From an uncultured Alphaproteobacteria bacterium (GTDB taxonomy: Bacteria > Pseudomonadota > Alphaproteobacteria > Rhodobacterales > Rhodobacteraceae), in assembly GCA_963702145.1 (NCBI GenBank), contig OY969718.1, forward strand, positions 938,247 through 1,002,246: 64,000 bases of DNA, written 5' to 3'. Below the pieces are notes generated by a model. The model was not told the origin of the DNA and searched no databases. It worked only from the letters and a program-made list of their open reading frames with translations. Each line of letters opens with the position of its first letter. Within the stretch, counting starts at the first letter, position 1. The position numbers were made by a program, and so were the translations under genes. Below, piece by piece: positions 62,012-64,000 of this stretch.

Positions 62012-62478
62012 TCGTGTCAAATTCGGCAAAAAATTGCGGTGACGTTCAAGAGCCGGATATCATGCAGTGTTGTTGCGATTTTGCCTCCGATCCGGGGCGC
62101 CGCGCCGGAGGGCAGGATGTCGAACATGTCACACCGGGCTGCCTGTGTGAGTCTCGGCGACTTACGCGCGGACTTTCGTGACGTGTGACTAGAAAACCGG
62201 CAGGGCGGGTCCCAGTCCCATGCACACGGCCCCGAGCGCATCGCAACAGGCGCCATCGCGGTGGCAAAACCCGCCGGTGCCAACCGTCGCGCATGTCTTG
62301 CCGACAAAATGTCGGTGCCGGCGAGCTTCGGTGCGCCGCACACGGTATGCGTCCGAGGCGGGGGCGCGGACCTACATGTCGTTGATACGCGCCGACGAGT
62401 ACGCGGCTGGTTTGGTTTGGGCATATACTCGCTGGTGCCGCGAGACAGCCGGGTCTTCGGCGTCTCGCCCGGCAGAAT

Positions 62479-63108
62479 CTAGACGACCAGTGTCGCCTCG
62501 GTCAGATCGCGCAGCTCCTGCTCGGTCACGCCGTCCGCGAGCTCGACGATGCGCAGGCCGCCTTCCACCACGTCGAGCACGCCGAGATTGGTGATGATCC
62601 GGTCGACCACGCCCGTCCCGGTGAGCGGCAGGGTGCATTCGCGCAGCACCTTCGACTCCCCCGCCTTGTTGGCATGGTCCATGACCACGATCACGCGGCC
62701 GACGCCCGCGACGAGGTCCATCGCGCCGCCCATGCCCTTCACCAGCTTGCCGGGGATCATCCAGTTCGCCAGATCGCCGTTCTCGGCCACCTCCATCGCG
62801 CCCAGGATCGCCATCGCGATCTTGCCGCCGCGGATCATGCCGAAGCTCGTGGCGCTGTCGAAATAGGCCGTCTTCGGCAGCTCGGTGATCGTCTGCTTGC
62901 CGGCGTTGATGAGGTCGGCATCCTCCTCCCCCTCGTAGGGGAAGGGGCCCATGCCGAGCATGCCGTTCTCCGATTGCAGCGTGACCTCGATGCCCTCGGG
63001 GACATGGTTCGACACCATCGTCGGGATGCCGATGCCCAGATTGACGTACATGCCGTCCTCGAGCTCTTGCGCGGCACGGGCGGCCATCTGATCGCGGGTC
63101 CAGGGCAT
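62479..63108 (-). CDS. scoB: 3-oxoacid CoA-transferase subunit B
   Basis: [41 protein letters not shown]. Confidence 0.95.
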   Translation of the reverse strand: MPWTRDQMAARAAQELEDGMYVNLGIGIPTMVSNHVPEGIEVTLQSENGMLGMGPFPYEGEEDADLINAGKQTITELPKTAYFDSATSFGMIRGGKIAMAILGAMEVAENGDLANWMIPGKLVKGMGGAMDLVAGVGRVIVVMDHANKAGESKVLRECTLPLTGTGVVDRIITNLGVLDVVEGGLRIVELADGVTEQELRDLTEATLVV

Positions 63109-63181
63109 GGGGGCTCCGTTCGATTGTCCTCGCGCCGATATGACGCGCAAAGGGGTGTGGGCGCAAGCGAGCGGCGTCGGG

Positions 63182-63967
63182 TCAGGCTTCGCCCCGCAGC
63201 CGGGGCAGGAGCGCGGTCAGGCAGGCGATGCCGTAATCCGCGTTCATGTGGCGCACGTCGAGTTGCGTCCGCTCGCCCTGACCGATCATCACGTCGGCGA
63301 AGCGTGCGTCGGTGAATCCCGAGGGCAGGATCGTCTCCGCCGGCTGTTCGGTGAAGGACAGGCCCGCCGTGGCCAGTCGTGCAGCATAGCGCCCGGCCAG
63401 ATCGTCGAGCGCAGCGGCGACGCCGTCGCTGCGCTCGCTGAGGGGGATGCCGCATTCGCGCTCGAAAATGCGGTCGGGTGCGGCGCGCGCGATGTTGGCG
63501 GGCATGCGCGGCTTGGCGTGGAACGTGACCTGCACGCCGTCGAGCCCCGACCAGGGATCGACCGGCAGGTAGGCGTCGACGATGTCGTCGAGGAAGGCAT
63601 CGTAGGCCGCCCGTGACATCGCCCGGCGAGCGCCGGCCGAGCGGACCCCGTCGATATCGTTCTCGGCGAGCAGGCGCACGAGTTCGATCGTGCCATGCTC
63701 GTTGCCGACGATCACGATATGGTCGAACGCCCCCGTGCGGATCGAAGCCCGACCGTTCATGGCGGTGATCTGCTCGACGAGGTTCGGGGGCTGCCGGACG
63801 CCCTCGATCGCACCGAACTCGGTCGAGACGGGATCGAGCCGCATGCGGTAGTAATTCTCACCGGCCAGCAGGAAGAATTCGACGTCCAGACCGGTCAGGT
63901 TCACCGCGTTGAAACCCTTGCGGAACGCGGCGAGATGCGAGTTTCCGACCAGCAGGATGCGCGTCAT
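63182..63967 (-). CDS. SGNH/GDSL-like hydrolase or acyltransferase-fold protein
   Basis: LLVGNSH (block I) and DVRHMN (block V DxxH). Confidence 0.6.
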   Translation of the reverse strand: MTRILLVGNSHLAAFRKGFNAVNLTGLDVEFFLLAGENYYRMRLDPVSTEFGAIEGVRQPPNLVEQITAMNGRASIRTGAFDHIVIVGNEHGTIELVRLLAENDIDGVRSAGARRAMSRAAYDAFLDDIVDAYLPVDPWSGLDGVQVTFHAKPRMPANIARAAPDRIFERECGIPLSERSDGVAAALDDLAGRYAARLATAGLSFTEQPAETILPSGFTDARFADVMIGQGERTQLDVRHMNADYGIACLTALLPRLRGEA

Positions 63968-64000
63968 CGCGCGAAGGCCTCGAGCAGGACGTCCTCGCAG
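63964..64000 (-). CDS. C-terminus of an upstream gene ([11 protein letters not shown]), truncated by the window edge
   Basis: Its stop overlaps the ATG of the SGNH-like gene (ATGA). Confidence 0.45.
   Translation of the reverse strand, partial: CEDVLLEAFAR

Noticed and set aside
62050-62478. Relic of a lytic transglycosylase at the edge of the tad locus (VVDTR/ADEYAAG)
   Set aside because: The similarity rests on about 12 residues across a frameshift, with no catalytic motif.

Overview
A GC-rich alphaproteobacterial chromosome segment, most consistent with Rhodobacteraceae/Roseobacter group (gcrA, pcs, hss, Rhodobacteraceae-type tol-pal and flp pilins). It is mostly core genome: cobalamin late steps (cbiB, cobC, cobS, cobT), arginine synthesis (argH, argD, argF), greA, accA, rimO, psd-pssA, folD, ftsH-tilS-cpoB-pal-tolB-tolA-tolR-tolQ-ybgC, prmA, ruvCAB, mfd, hemB, msrA/msrB, rpsD, Lhr-PdeM and scoB. 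I found no rRNA, tRNA, CRISPR array, transposase or prophage. The notable signals are: (1) a DUF2946-like secreted leader ending in an RGPP ribosome-arrest motif, whose stop codon can base-pair with the Shine-Dalgarno of a downstream PCu(A)C copper chaperone; (2) an eroded formate-tetrahydrofolate ligase (fhs) relic upstream of folD; (3) a collapsed Tad/Flp pilus locus that keeps two pilins and the prepilin peptidase, with gene relics and a repeated 17-21 bp upstream motif; (4) a one-base frameshift in ruvA; (5) a structured leader upstream of the DUF1636-cobC-cbiB operon. Family assignments come from motif recognition and recall, not database searches.
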